Source: the human T2T-CHM13v2.0 reference genome, Homo sapiens
NCBI RefSeq assembly: GCF_009914755.1
Contig: NC_060937.1
Length of the DNA: 64,000 bases
Direction: 5' to 3' (one strand)
Both the position numbers and the translations under genes were made by a program. Position 1 is the stretch's first letter. Each line of letters opens with the position of its first letter. The notes beneath the pieces are model-generated. The model saw only the letters and a list, made by a program, of their open reading frames with translations, was not told the DNA's origin and ran no database searches. Below, piece by piece: positions 12,921-26,534 of this stretch.

Positions 12921-15900
12921 ATGCACGGGTGGGCCTGCATACTCCCGTTTGGTTGCACCATTTTCCTTTTCTTCTAGTCCCAGCATCTTGCTTCACTTTG
13001 GAATTCCTAGCCAGAACACAGTTTGGGGGCTCTGCCGCTCATCCTCCTCAGTGACCCCCTCCCATTTGTTTTTCTCACTCCTAATTACTCACAGATTTTC
13101 TGGGTGGTCCATCTGCAAACTGGATAATGGTGGCGTGCTGCTCTCTGCACAGAGTCTATGCTGTCCTGCTTGGCCTCCTAAGCTGCCTCACAATTGTTCT
13201 CTTACAACCTTTGTTTTCTTCTTTCACACCTGCTTAGATTCCTGAGGGGTGGAGGGTAGAGACTAAGAAGTCTGTCTTCAGCTCTGTCCTCCCTTCTAAA
13301 GATCTTATAGACCCCCACCTCTTTGAGGGGTCCTGAGTGTTTTTGTCTCTTCTCACCCCTCCCTGTTCCTTCTTTCCTACCCTCATCTGATCTTTCAGCT
13401 GATTTGTGTATCTCTCTAGCTGTTAACCGCACAGGAAACTCTGTCAATATTTGCTGGCTGACTGACTGGCAATACCAAAGTCTAGTGAGGTGGTAGTGAG
13501 GAAAGGACGGTGACTTCAGTGCCAGCTGAGCTGACACACTGGTGCCTGTGTGTCAGCTCGTGTGTCGGATGTGCACAAAGTGGCCACAGAGAGATGCTGA
13601 CAGTCACCGGGCCTCCAGGGAGGGGGCAGTTTATCTCATTGCTTGAGAGTACAGCTAACATAGACTCACACATGGAGAGGCATCTGTGATGTAAGATTAG
13701 CAAATCTTACCCTTGCAAAGATGCACAGGCCAGGAGCCCATCCTCCCTGAAACCCACTCCCTCTCCTGCCTTCCTGTGCCAGCCAAGCCAGGGCACCCCC
13801 AGGGGTCCTCAGCATCCCTAACCCCAGGGGCTTACTCAGCTCAGTCCTGACAGCATTGCTTAGGGCCCCTTAAAGGACATTCTGCCAGGTCATAAAACCC
13901 AGGTCCAAGTCACTGGCAAATATTCTAGCAGTTTTTCTTAGGAATGTAACCACAGGAAGTAGAACAAAAAAAATCTGTATGCATTAATCTTTTTAGAAAA
14001 CCCTCTTGTACCAAATTTACAATTACAATTTTGAAATGGTAGCCAGGGATTCTAAGTTTCTCTCTGTGCCTTTTATTCATTCAATAAAATATTTTCATCC
14101 AACATTTTATTGAACTTGTCTAAGCCTCATACTTTTATACTATTTTGATAAAGTTAAATTTTCATGAACATGCTTCTGCACTTTCTCATTAGTAGATCTT
14201 GTCTTCCAAAATCAACCTGTGGAATTGATACTTTAATAAGCCTGTTCTCATGAAGAAGCAGATAATGAGAAAGGGTGAGATCAGGGAATTAGATATCCAG
14301 AAAGCACAGTGAAGAAAGTGCTTTAGGGAGTGAATAAAATGTTTGTCTTGATTTTAGTTTGTTCTTCTTGAAGGAGTGTTTTTCACGATGTGGTGTTTGT
14401 GCGCCTTATAGACACTGGACACGTGTGACTGTTGGGGTTGATCAGAATACCTTTTCCCAAACTGTCTTCCCAGTAATCCCTACCTGGGGAAGCAGGAACC
14501 CCCCCGCACCGCACATGAAATAGTCTACCCTGCATGTCGTTATTTTGAGTGTCTAAACAATGAGGAGCTAAATGGAAGAAAATTCTTTGTTTTTTAATGT
14601 CTTGGTAATATCTTTCCTTTCTTTATTCCTGAAGTGTAAGCCATGCAAATTTCTTTCCTGGTGAAAGAAAATCTATCTGTGGCCACTCACTTTTACAGAT
14701 ACAATATAAACCGATGACGGCGTGTAAGATGACAGACTTTTGTTCCTTAATTTTTTTTGGAATGAGATAAGTGGTTGCCCTGTAATATTTTAGGTACAAT
14801 GGCAAGCAAGAAAAAAAAGGGGGAATATATTTGTTGAAAACATCTAGTTTTTGAGTTATGCATAGCCTGAATAAACAAGGAGAGCTTGTTCTATTTCTAG
14901 ATCACCTTTCACTCTGTTCATCCCAGTTGGTGGGAGTGGGGTGGGGTGGGGTGAGCCCAGGGCTGATTTTCTCCATTGTCAAGGGTAAACAGACCCGGTT
15001 GCTGCCCCTGCCTTTGCCAGGAAGGCAGTGGATTATCTTCCCCTTAAGTGCTTTCCCTGGGTGTAGCTTACGCTGTGACTTTGGTGAAGGTAGCTATGTG
15101 GCTGGTCTTAAACCTTCTGGCGAGCCGTCGCCTCGTCTCCCTTCGGTTTTGTGTTCTGTGAACATCTGTGCGTGGCCCTGTGACCCGGGGTAATCTGGAC
15201 GGCCCATCACCGCCAGGGAATTCAGGAGGGAAACCTGACTCTTGCTCTGCGGCTTCCATTTCATCCAGGCTGCCTCTAAACAGGCAGGGCCCTGGTCACA
15301 GCCTTGGACAGGTGGCCTGGGATCCTAATGGAGCTCTCTCTGCCGAAAAATAGGAACAGAGCCTGAACCACAGCAGCAAGATTTCAGACAAACCAAAGAT
15401 TGTTCCTCCACTCCAGGCAGTGCTCTCGAGTGCTCCTTTGAAAACCAGTCGTATTAAAAAAATGAAACAACACAAACTCCCGAATGCATTCTGAGTGAGT
15501 ACTCAACTCAAAAATACCTGTCATGCTTTGATCTTTAACGGAAATCCTTTGATCTTTAAAACAGTGTTGAAAAAACTGTTTAGTATCATCACACCTCTAA
15601 GTCAAAATCAGTCCCACTGCCAGGCTGAGCATGTCGCTGAGCCAGCCTGAGGCAGGAGGGATGCAGGCCTTTTGCACCGGACTCCAACAATGACTGCGTC
15701 ACTTCAGGAAATCGGTTTTTTCACAGTACTGGCCGTTGGCAGTGCACATGTGGTGCATCTCCCTTTTGCTTTTGTCCCACCTCTCCCACACTTTCCTCCT
15801 AAAATACCTATTATTGGCTTTTTTTCCAGCCAAAAGGATAGGAAATTAGGGCATCCTTTCAGCAAACCTCTCCAGGCCAGGTGGCAAATGTCTGCTTCCA

Positions 15901-15994
15901 GCACCTGGTTGAGATTTATTTTCCTTCCAGCTGCATTTTTTTTCCTCAGCTCTGTCATGAAGCAGAGAAGCGAGTGCAGACGGCGGAGACAGAT

Positions 15995-16150
15995 GACCTG
16001 AGCTGGGCTCTAGCTTAGCTGTGTGGCCTTGGCTGGGTTATTAACTTCTCTGAACTTCAGTTTTCTCATCATACATTCGCTTTGAGGTTTAAATAAATAA
16101 TGCAGATTAAATCTATAGCCTATGTAGATGTTCAGGAAGCGTCCCCTAAC
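15995..16150 (+). mobile_element. MIR fragment
   Basis: agctgtgtggccttgg...aacttctctgaacttcagttttctcatc matches the MIR core. Confidence 0.65.
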
Positions 16151-17172
16151 TGAAAAGCTGCATAACAAGTACATTTCACTGGCCGTGTTTACCATCTAAC
16201 ATGTAAGCCTGGGGAAGATGTGAATGCAGCAGGCTCTCCGAGTTGCATCGTCGGGGTGTGCCCCCTAGTCTGAGGTAAAAGGGAGAAATCTAACAGAATC
16301 CCAGGGACATGGGAGTGGTGTGGACGAATGGCCGTAGTGAATGTTGGATGGGGGTGTGGTGGGGACTGTAGTGAGTTCTGAATCTTGGTGGTCTCCTCAA
16401 GACAGCCTTTGGATTACAGCTTCAAGGAGCTCCTCTTTGTGAAGAGGACAGTGTACCCAGTCCAGGCTGTCCCTTCTGCCCCAGGATCTCTCGCCAGCTT
16501 ACCCCTGTCCATCTGAGCTGCAGTCTGTCTGTAACGTCTATGCCGGTCCTTGCCACTCCTCCCCAGAACCAGCCCTTCCTTCGGAGTCTCCTGCTCCATC
16601 GGGATGAATTTTTCCCACACTGCAGACTCGCTCTCAGTGTCCACACTGTCCCCTCATGTCCTGCGCATCCCTGGGTGCCAGGTCTCGGCGTCTTCCCAGC
16701 ATCTGCACAGTCATCCCCCCTGGTCCCTTGGGGTGGTGCCTGTCCCTCTTCACCCACCATCCCACAGCTGAAGACATCCTTTGTGAAGCACAGCCTCATC
16801 ATGCCACCTTCTGCCCTCAGCCCACCACCTGCTGAGCCAGTGCAGACCAGAACCACAGTGATTTCCGCCTCTGCTTCTCTTCTCACGTGTGCGACCCTCA
16901 GCTTCCACCTCCCCTGTCCTCCCCACGCTGTGCCCTTCTGTGGTTGGTGCTACCCTTGGCTCTTCTTGATTGACTGGTTTTATACGATGGTGTTGCACTG
17001 TGTCCCAAGCACTGGGCCACACGTGGGCTACTCAGGGGCAGCAGGACAGGCCTTGTCCTGGGAACAAATGCCGTCCACCTCAGGACACACTCTCTGATGT
17101 CACCAACTTCCCTGCTGTGCTGATGGCAGCCTGAGCTTCCCTTAAAACACTCATTTTAAAAGTTTTATTTTC

Positions 17173-17494
<322 letters not shown>

Positions 17495-17961
17495 TCAAAT
17501 ATTCAAGCATACATAGTAGTAGGGAGATGAGCACAATAAGCTCTTATGAAATCATTGCCCAGGTCCAATCATTATCAAGATTCGGCCAGAACTGCTTCAT
17601 CTCACCCCTTCTGCTCAGAGTCTTTCTTTCCTGAAACATAAAGCAAATCCCAGGCATCACGACAGTCCACCTATGCTTTAGGAGGCATCTCTAAATATTC
17701 CACGAGACTTTATAACATCTGTGATACACAGCATGCTTGTTTATGTTATTAAATGTAGAACTCCAGTCCCCATGATCACATCTAACAAGTTAATAATAAT
17801 TCCTTGGTATCAGTCAAACAACCCGTCCATAAAAAGACTCTCTGGATGCCTCAGCCCTGCCTTTTAGGATTGATTGATTTGTGTTAGGATCTGGGCAAGG
17901 TTCACACATAGCATTTGGTTTCTGTGTTCCTCAAGTTCCTCTGAATCTGGAGAACTTTCTC

Positions 17962-18107
17962 TTGTTTTTTTGTTTTGTTTTGTTTTGTTTTTAAGATACA
18001 GAGTCCCATTATGTTGCCCAAGCTGGGCTTGACTTCTGGGCTCACTCCATCTTCCTGCCTCAGCCTCCCAAGTAGCTGGGATTACAGGGATGTGCCGCCA
18101 TGCTGAG
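17962..18107 (-). mobile_element. FLAM-like Alu monomer
   Basis: T-rich tail followed by a single antisense Alu arm. Confidence 0.8.
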
Positions 18108-18660
18108 ACCTGTCTTCCTGGTTTTTAATGCCATGGACTTATTCATTATGCTCCACTTTATTTTTTTATCATAACACTGATCCCCACATGCAGCAAATGA
18201 AAGTTTCCTCATGTGCAGAAAAGGCGATGAGGCCTCAGAGAGATGGAGTCACGTCTGCTCAGTGTCACCCAACTAAAGAGAGGCAAACCTGCATCTTCTT
18301 ACTTCAGGCCTCTTTCCACCAAGCCAAGATGTGGAGAGCCACCCAAATGCTTGCATTTGCAATTACATCTTTATTAGAGAGACTGGAAAGCCACGGAGCC
18401 CCCAGAGAGACCAGGAGGGGTGCTTACCTTCTAGCATGGTCTGATGAAAAGGGTCACAGTCTGCTGTCTGGTGAAGCTGCGTGCAAAATCCAAGGAAGCT
18501 AGAGAATTGTAGTTGCATGTTGTTGTCTTTTAGATCCCTACATGTAGGAAGAACTTGGACCAAGCAGAGAAATCATACCCTCCCCCCAAGAAATGCTGAA
18601 GCCAAACCAGCGGACAAATTCAGAGCAAATAAAGGGAAAAGAGTGTGTGAAAGCGGCTCA

Positions 18661-18988
18661 TTTTGTTTGTTTGTTTGTTTGTTTTTTGAGACAGAATCTT
18701 GCTCTATCGCCCAGGCTGGAGTGCAGTGGTGCGACCTCAGCTCGCTGCAACCTCTGCCTCCCAGGTTCAAGCAATTCTCTGCCTCAGCCTCCTGAGTAGC
18801 TGGGATTACAGGCACCCGCCACCATGCCCAGCTAATTTTTGTATTTTTAGTAGAGACGGGGTTTCACCATCTTGGCCAGGCTGGTCTTGAACTCCTGACC
18901 TTGTGATCCACCCCCACCCCCACCCCCCTTCCCTGCCCTCGGCCTCCTAAAGTGCTAGGATTACAGGCATGAACCACCGTGCCCAGCC
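18661..18988 (-). mobile_element. Alu (AluS-type), antisense, with internal C-rich expansion
   Basis: (TTTG)n tail, full dimer, TSD-like gcggctca / gcagctca. Confidence 0.93.
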
Positions 18989-20540
18989 GCAGCTCACATT
19001 TTGATATGGCTCAGGAAAGAGAAGCCTTGCTAAAGAAGCCAATTTCCACCCACAATCACCTTCGTGGAGCCTAGTATGGTCTATGAAAAAATTAATTGAA
19101 TGCGTTTAATCTTGTAGAGCAAAGAACCTTGGGCAAAGCCTAATGCCGGCAAACATTTTAGTTGAGACAATGGGGAGAGTTCTTAGGAGAACAGCTGGAG
19201 AGCCAACGACGCTCCCAGGCAAGGCCAGTTAAAGCTCTCGCCTTGCTGACAAATACTCGCGACAGGTGAGGAAATGCATTAGTGGAACAAAGGGAGTGAA
19301 TGTGGCAGGAAATTACCGAAAGGCTGCCCGCATGACCCAGCCGGGCTTCTGGTGACTGTTTGCATCCTGGGCACAGGAAGGAGAGGAGGAGGAAAATAAA
19401 CTCTTCAGGAAGTGAAACACCTCATTAGCATTTAGTTAATGCCTAAGCTGCCTGTGTCAACTAAAAATAATTGATTCTCTGTTATTTTAGGAATGTTGAA
19501 TTCCAAGAGCCTGTTGTTGTTGTTGTTGTTGTTATTGTTCTTATGGACCGATGTTTAATAATTAGAAAATTTTTAAATTAAATACCAGATGTCATTTATT
19601 ATTAAGCATCTTGTTCACCTTTAAAACGGTGCTGTGGCTGTATCAGAAATCTAATCAGGAGCTTAGCTACTTGCCCAGTGCTGCGATGAAGAAGTGCAGC
19701 ATCTTTAGAAAATGCCTGGAGAGAAAATGGGAAGAAGTGTCCTCTTGATGGAGGGAGGTAAGTGTGGAGAGACCATCAGTGTTAGCGGTTTGCTAGTAAC
19801 ACGGCCTCAGGCTGTATTTCCAGGATGACTTGAGTACATTTCCTTTTTTGAATTATGACTTAAATTAGTTCCATGTCAACTTTCTCTATTTGCCAACAAG
19901 ACTTTTTTTCAAGAACCATTTTTACTGATGAATTTATTCTCAGTTCCAAACAAAACTAGTGTGGACAGCTAGCTCACTGTATCCCTTTTTAAGTAGTGAT
20001 GAAATATTTTAATCTTTTTGGGGAGGATAGTTTTATTTAACCCACTTGAGCAGCAATAGAAACATTTAAAGGTAGATTTGCCAAAAAAAAATTGCCATTG
20101 TATAGGTCACATAATTTGAATAGTGATATTATACATTCCAGGCGGGGATTAGTTCTTCAGGAGGTTCTGGGATCTCTTTGCTAATCGCTTTTCTCCTGCG
20201 TTATCAGTGAGTTGTTTGCTTTTCCCTTCGGCTTCCCGTTTTGCCTACCTCCAACTGTGACTGATCTCTGAGAGTAAGACATTCCAGCCTGAAAACAAAC
20301 AGGCAGGTACACCCATCCTAAAATTGAGTTACAATTTAGATGTTATCTTGGAATAACCGGATTCTACTGTTCATTTCTCAATGAGCCTCTCCCTAAATTC
20401 TTACAAAGGCGTAGAGAAGAAGTGTAGACTCCCAGGCCCCCCAGCATTCAGGGTTAAAGTGACTTTGTAGTGCATCTGAGAGAACTGCTGGATCCCTGGG
20501 ACGTCCTGGACTGTTACAGGCAAAAAGAAGACTCAGGAGA

Positions 20541-20939
<399 letters not shown>

Positions 20940-21519
20940 CTAGTGACTAGTCTCTGTCACTAGTAGTCTCTGTCACCATTTATGTATACACTAGTTCTGT
21001 AAAGCCAGCACTTGGAAAGCCAGTCAAGGTCCAGTTAGGTCACGGGTGAATGACATCATTGGCCTTGTGGTTGAGAGGAACTTGGAGAATATGTAAAAGT
21101 TATCACCAAGAGATGGTCATTGTAGCAGGAATCACTGCATTTAGCAATAGATTTATTGGATTTTTGGAAACATTTCTCTATTAACAGGAACAGAAAAAAA
21201 AATTATTCTTGGGTTTAAAAAAACCTGGCATGGATCTCATGCTGGTGTATCTAAGAGTAAATTCTTCTGTAGACCAGGACACGTGAATGACTGTCACAGA
21301 GCCTGGATTGTTAGTGATTCAGTGAGTCCCAGTTAAGTCTTCCTTTTCTAATAGGGCAGTGATAATATGATTATTCAGTGTTTATTCTCTTTCTCTGGCA
21401 ATTAGGATTGGCTCAAGGCCCCTTAGGTGGTGGTAATTGGGACTTCACAGTTACTAATGAGTAAACATGTTGGCCTCATAGCAAATAGAACCAGTGATTG
21501 GCCTAATGTGGGGCGAGTC

Positions 21520-22520
21520 ATTTATGTATCCACGCAACAGACATTTATTAAAAACGGAGGAAGTGCCAGGCCAGACTCCGGCCTAGAATGAGAGAGGGAA
21601 TTCCTATTGCTTTAGAGCTCGCCTGGTAGTGGGAGACAGTGAGTGGTGGCTCCTGGGAGGAAAATGAACCAGAGGACATAACGGGGAGTGAATGGCTGGG
21701 CTGGAGCAGTCAGGGAAGCCTCCTAAGATGACACTGTCGGGGAAGAAAAAAGTCATGTCTTTTCCTCATCCATTACAAGGCTCATGGCTGACACTCCTGT
21801 AACAACAGTCAGAGTAATCAGAGAAAAGCGTAACAGACTTATTTGTCAAAGTTTTTTGTGACATGGGAGCCTTCAGAAATGAAGATCCAAAGACCCAGGG
21901 AAAACCGTATGTATTTTTATGCCAATGAAGAACGGACAGTCATGCAAAAATGTGATTGGAAGAAAAGGGGGTAATTTATCAAGCATGGGGAATTCAGCAA
22001 GACCTGTCTGTTGTGACTCTGGGCCTCTTTGTGCAGCCTTCCTTCCCGCTGGGTGTGGGGCAGGACCACTGTGGAACGCAGGTCTTACGGCCTCCTCTCA
22101 GGGAAGGAAGGTCAGTGAGCACCTTCATGACTGTGCTTCCCACTGAAAGGTAGGGAGGATCAGAGCAACCCTCTTGCTTCTGAGGCCTTCTCAGTCTCCT
22201 TCAGTTCACAGTGCTCAGGGTCATATTTTCTGAGCCATGACAACATTTAAACTGAGACCTAAACAGGCAGTCAACCAAGAGGAGATCTGGGGAAGGAACG
22301 TTCCAGGCACCAGAATTTGATAAGAAGGCCTGTAGGGGGAGTGGGAGGGATGCTCGGTGTGACCAGTGCCTGGGAAATGCATGACAAAGTCATCTAAGAG
22401 ATCTAAGAGGCAGCAGGAGCCAGATCACACAGGCCTTTGTGAGCAGGGTCCTAGGGCATTGGATTGTAGCCACCAGGAAACATTTCCATGGGAGGAGTTT
22501 AAGCAAGGGACATACATGAC
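21520..22520 (+). mobile_element. L2 fragment interrupted by an LTR
   Basis: L2-like segments (caacagacatttatt; gtcagggaagcctcct...acatttaaactgagacct; ggagttttaagcag-like) flank the LTR. Strand assignment tentative. Confidence 0.55.
21735..22242 (-). mobile_element. Solo LTR, ERV1-class (subfamily not assigned)
   Basis: TG...CA termini, about 508 bp, 4-bp TSD-like acac/acat; splits a contiguous L2 segment. Confidence 0.7.
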
Positions 22521-22605
22521 ACAAATTTTTAGAATGTGTGATTACCATACTACTTAAAAGCCATAGAATCCCATTCTCAAAGTTAAAAATTGAGTAAAAT
22601 CTCTA

Positions 22606-22780
22606 GCCAGGCACGGTGGCATGCACCTGTATTCCCAGCTACTCAAGAGGCTGAGGCAGGAGGATCACCTGAGTCCAGGAGTTTGAGGCTGCAGTGAGCC
22701 GTGATTACAGCGTGTGAACAGACACTGCACTCCAGCCTGGGCAACATAGCAAGACCTGGTTTCTAAAAATAAAGAAAAAG
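22606..22780 (+). mobile_element. Alu right-arm monomer (FRAM-like)
   Basis: Single Alu arm with A-rich tail. Confidence 0.85.
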
Positions 22781-22799
22781 TTAAGTGAAACCTCAATAC

Positions 22800-25400
22800 T
22801 GTATATAAAAATACACAAAATATTTATTAGTATGAATTTATGATATGTGTTCAAATTAAGACATTTATTGTTCTAAAGTCAATTGGCGTTAGCAATGAGT
22901 TGATTTTTCAAAACGACAAAAATTAGAAGTGAGTGTTATGGAAGACAGTTTGCTTTATATCATCTCTATATCTAGTTTACTTTTGTTTTGTTTTGGGTTG
23001 TGTTGAGAAAAGCCTTGAGGGATAAAGATTAGTTGCCAAGTTTGTGTTTTCATACTTTGCCTTGTGACCTCAGACTTTCTCATTTTTGTTCTTGATTATA
23101 TTTAACTGTTGCTTAAGTATACAAGTCATACAAAGAAGGAACCAACAGTTTGTGTACACACTGTCTCTGAAATCAAAATAGCATCATGTGATAATTGATC
23201 TCTTGTTATGTGACTGACATAATATAACAGTCACATGTTCCACACAGACAGGAACATGGATCAGGTAATGCACTTTGTGAGAATAGGCTAGTTGCCAGTA
23301 TTATTTTATGTGAATGGACACGTAAGAATGCTTGTTTGAAAAATAGCAATATGTAATTACAATTACTAATTACTAATCAGTGACCTATTTGTAAAATCAA
23401 AAATAAGAACTTTTATTTAATCTGAGATCCTGACAGAAGCAAGTTAACTTGAAAATATCTCTGGATTTCAATATATTAAGATTTTATATGTATTATATGA
23501 AACAATTCGTATGTTCTTATACTAATTAAATATTTTTTAAAAATATTCAATGTATAAAAAATGCAATTTAAAAACGAGTGGCTGAAAGAATAGTAAACAG
23601 CACTGTAATCCTAAAAGCTTGTGTTAACTTTACATTTCAATTTAGTCACAAAATACAGATGGATACATTCCTGAAAAAATGTGAAGTCTTTAGTAAGAAT
23701 AGACATTTTTGAGAGAGTAAGGCACATTTAATTATTTAATATTATACATTTAGTTTAGGAACATAAAATGAATAATTTAAAATTTTAATGATTTTAAAGG
23801 TATAATTTAAGAGTTGTACATGTGCTCACTGAATTTACTGATAAATACAACTTTTCATTACTAGTGGAATCAAAAATTTTTAGTTCTCCCATATCTATTT
23901 TTTTGGCCAGTTCATCAGAAATACTCAAAGATTTTAGATGGGAGAAATTTTAGATTCTTAAGCTATTTCTAGAATGATGGTGGTTTTGTTTCTCAAAGCA
24001 TTGATCTGTTGCCCAGACCTTTTGCCCTTCTTGCTCTGTCTCACCTATTCAGAAAGCACTTGCTCTTTAAAAAAGAACTGAGGACAGGAACTGGCTGAAT
24101 ACACTTTTGTCATATGGAACTTTGGGCTTATTGTCTAAGCTATCATCTTTTCACCATCCTCACAAATCTGTTGAAAACTGAAGACTCGCCTGTGACAAAT
24201 TCCTTTTGCATGTTCCCAATTTATGCACAGTGCTTTTCACATGACGCAGAAGATTGCAGACACGAAAGCACTCAAAAGCAAAGAGACACCGGGGCTGGGT
24301 GGGGCACAAGCTTGCTGCCATGTTGCCGGACAAATTGGTTGTATTCTGTGATCAAACATCTAAAGATATTCTGTACACTGGAGCATTTGAGACACAGTGA
24401 CATTTCAAAGTGAAATCCAAGTGAGCTTTTTTATTTGATAACCCAGAGAAATGCAGTGGCCACACATTTCTGCTCCATTTTGGCCTCTGCTTCTTGGACC
24501 CATAAACTATGTGATTGCAATGCAGCCAGCTGGAGATAACATTTCTGCTGTGGCGTCAAGGTTTTTCACTTTAGTTTCTTTGGTATTTGGAAATGAAAAT
24601 ACACCTATGCCCTCAAAAACAATTTATTAATCTTTGTAACTGTACTGTTTTGCAAAAAATGTCTACAAAGTGCACCATTTGATTCCAGATAAATAAATTT
24701 CTTTATATGGATCTTCAGGCAATTCTTCCATTAGGCATAGCAGACATCCTCATCTATGTGCCTCAGATTCTCTGTTCTTTTTGTTCCATATAGGATGTCT
24801 TTTTCTTCCTTTTTATGTAATATTCTCAAAGGATATAACCACATCATTCCATCAAGTTTACTTCATGGTTTGTGTCAATGCATTATTCTTGCATTTGCTT
24901 CTTTCTGGAACACAGCAGTTTATACCATGTTTAGGTTTTATGTTTTCTGACTTTTGTTCTTTTGTAGCTCTGTTGGAGTGAGTCCAACTTATGACATCAT
25001 TAGCAATGTTTTGTAGGCTCTGGGATGCACCTTCTGTGTGTCTGCTTTGATTTTCTGTGCTGCCTTCATGATAGTGTCCACAGAAAATAATTTTACATTC
25101 CTAAAACTGATATATATTCAGCAACATTTTTCATTTACTTACACCATGAAGAACAACAACAAAAGAAAATGAAGTAACAACAGCAAGTGAAAAATCAGAT
25201 AATAGAGCTAGCAGTAAAGTCTGTAATTTGTTCTCCCAAAACTTTGTTCACCCAACTGAGAGGAGCACAGAACATAATGCACCTGGTTTTGTCTTCTACA
25301 AACCATTAACCATTGACATTCTAATCCTTAAAAAAAAATTGCACATAATACCTGCTGAGCAAGTAGCATTATAAGTTTTTAAAAATGCCTGTGAGTAGGC
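22800..25400 (-). mobile_element. Degenerate hAT-type (Tip100/Zaphod-like) DNA transposon fossil
   Basis: AT-rich block. Minus-strand remnants resemble hAT motifs CxxHxL (TGC..TCA CAT AGT TTA, about 24505-24525) and TLK..TRWSS (ACT TTG AAA TGT CAC, about 24375-24420), with frameshifts. Confidence 0.5.
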
Positions 25401-25831
25401 ATATCCTGTTGTAGAGAATTATGTTCTAAAAGTACATTTCCTTTATAGAACCTTGGTGAGTTTTCTCCGTAATCTTCAGGGGTCAACTTGGATAAAACTA
25501 GGGTTTCTGAGAACTTTCCAGGCATGGTTCCTTTCTTGTAGTTGTGAACTTAAAGGTGTAAATATTGTCATCCTTTATGGAGATGTGAATCCAGGCAAAA
25601 GCATGTATCAAACCCTTGCGATTTGCCAGAGGTCAAGCTGAGCATTGAAGAAACAGAGAAACAGTAAGGTAATGATGACAAATAGTAGACAGAGAATGGG
25701 AACACAATGTGAAAAACATTTTAATAAAGTGATGAGTGACATTCCAGAGTGCCCAAGGAAAATTAGAATTCCCAAGCAGGTAGTGAAGCAGGGGACGAGA
25801 ATGACACAGCTGATATAAAAAGTTATCTGGA

Positions 25832-26129
<298 letters not shown>

Positions 26130-26203
26130 TTATCCAGGAGTAATGAAAAGTTTGGTGTGATGGGAGCTGAGAGTCCAGAAAGGTGCTAAGAGGGTAGGTT
26201 GGA

Positions 26204-26534
26204 GCTGGGCCCAGTGGCTCATGCCTGTAATTCCAGCACTTTGGGAGATGAAGGCAGGTGGATCGCTTGAGGTCAGGAGTTCGAGACCAGCCTGGCCAAC
26301 GTGGTGAAACCCCACCTCTACTAAAAATACAAAAATTAGCCAAGTGTGGTGGTGCACACCTGTAATCCCAGCTACTTGGGAGGCTAAGGCACGAGAATCG
26401 CTTGATCCCGGGAGGTAGAGGTTGCAGTAAACCAAGATTGTGTCCTCTAGCCTTGCCGACAGAGTGAGACTTTGTCTCAAAAAAAAAAAAACAAACAAAA
26501 ACAACAAACAAAAACGAAACAAAACAAAAAAACA
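26204..26534 (+). mobile_element. AluS-like
   Basis: Dimer with (CAAAA)n tail; TSD aagagggtaggttgga / aagaggttaggttgga. Confidence 0.93.

Noticed and set aside
16422-17097. Overlapping 154-185 aa ORFs on both strands
   Set aside because: GC-rich, low-stop region; no recognisable domain, non-ATG or weak starts, no exon structure.
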